From a bacterium (GTDB lineage: Bacteria; Krumholzibacteriota; Krumholzibacteriia; G020349025): a stretch of DNA of 31,611 nt. The notes under the pieces were generated by a model, which saw nothing but the letters and a program-made list of their open reading frames with translations, ran no database searches and was not told where the DNA came from. Position numbers and translations under genes: made by a program. Shown here in pieces: positions 31,360-31,611 of this stretch (position 1 is the first letter of the stretch; each line of letters starts with the position of its first letter). The stretch is from the NCBI GenBank assembly GCA_031362565.1, contig JANLSU010000043.1:1-31611 (forward strand), in the 5' to 3' direction.

Positions 31360-31455
31360 CTGTCAGACTCGGAGTCCGCGACCGAGTTCCGAGTCCACGT
31401 CCGAGTCCGAGTCCGGCCAGACGCACGCCCCCGAAGACCGCCACGCTCCAGCAAT
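31360..31455. repeat. Dispersed intergenic repeat, copy B, with an internal GAGTCC hexamer expansion
   Basis: Matches the two blocks of 60-114; between them is GAGTCC-GCGACC-GAGTTCC-GAGTCC-ACGTCC-GAGTCC-GAGTCC. Confidence 0.7.
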
Positions 31456-31611
31456 TGCATTGAAGAAGCGGCTTACGCGAAGGCGATCGGGCGTGTTGGG
31501 ACGATGCCCGTTACGAAGGCCGCACCGCTGCCGGTGGCAGATGCGCAAGTTCCGGCGCCGGCGCGCCGTCGTGGCGTGCCATGGGGCGGCCCGAAGCAAC
31601 TGCCGCAACCG

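Noticed and set aside
31370..31415. CRISPR array
   Set aside because: The units are 6-7 nt with no spacers, and there are no cas genes.

Overview
GC-rich bacterial genomic window, densely coding, mostly housekeeping and envelope genes. The C-terminal 'PNPFNP'/FlgD-Ig tails and the 'ATWSTVKRLY' tail suggest, by inference only, an FCB-superphylum candidate lineage such as Krumholzibacteriota, Latescibacterota or Eisenbacteria. Left to right: DEDDh exonuclease; secreted hypothetical; a lipoprotein fusing an UshA-like fold to a tetraheme c554 domain; HU; a large M4/M36 metallopeptidase; a membrane hypothetical; a very long OstA-repeat/LptD protein; ROK kinase; folC; accD; rimI-tsaB-tsaE; a PorX-like REC-PglZ regulator; an FG-GAP propeller protein; a sensor kinase; a B12 radical SAM/DUF2344 fusion; miaB; a Cys-rich secreted protein; a CPBP protease; and a frameshifted putative regulator. 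The key observation is that the ORF track truncates the cytochrome gene. It really appears to start at 3335 (minus strand, with RBS and lipobox) and to read through an in-frame TGA in a C-G-U motif followed by a SECIS-like hairpin. It is therefore a probable multiheme selenolipoprotein whose phosphoesterase active site is degenerate. No rRNA, tRNA, CRISPR array or transposase was recognised. All calls come from reading the sequence; no searches were run.
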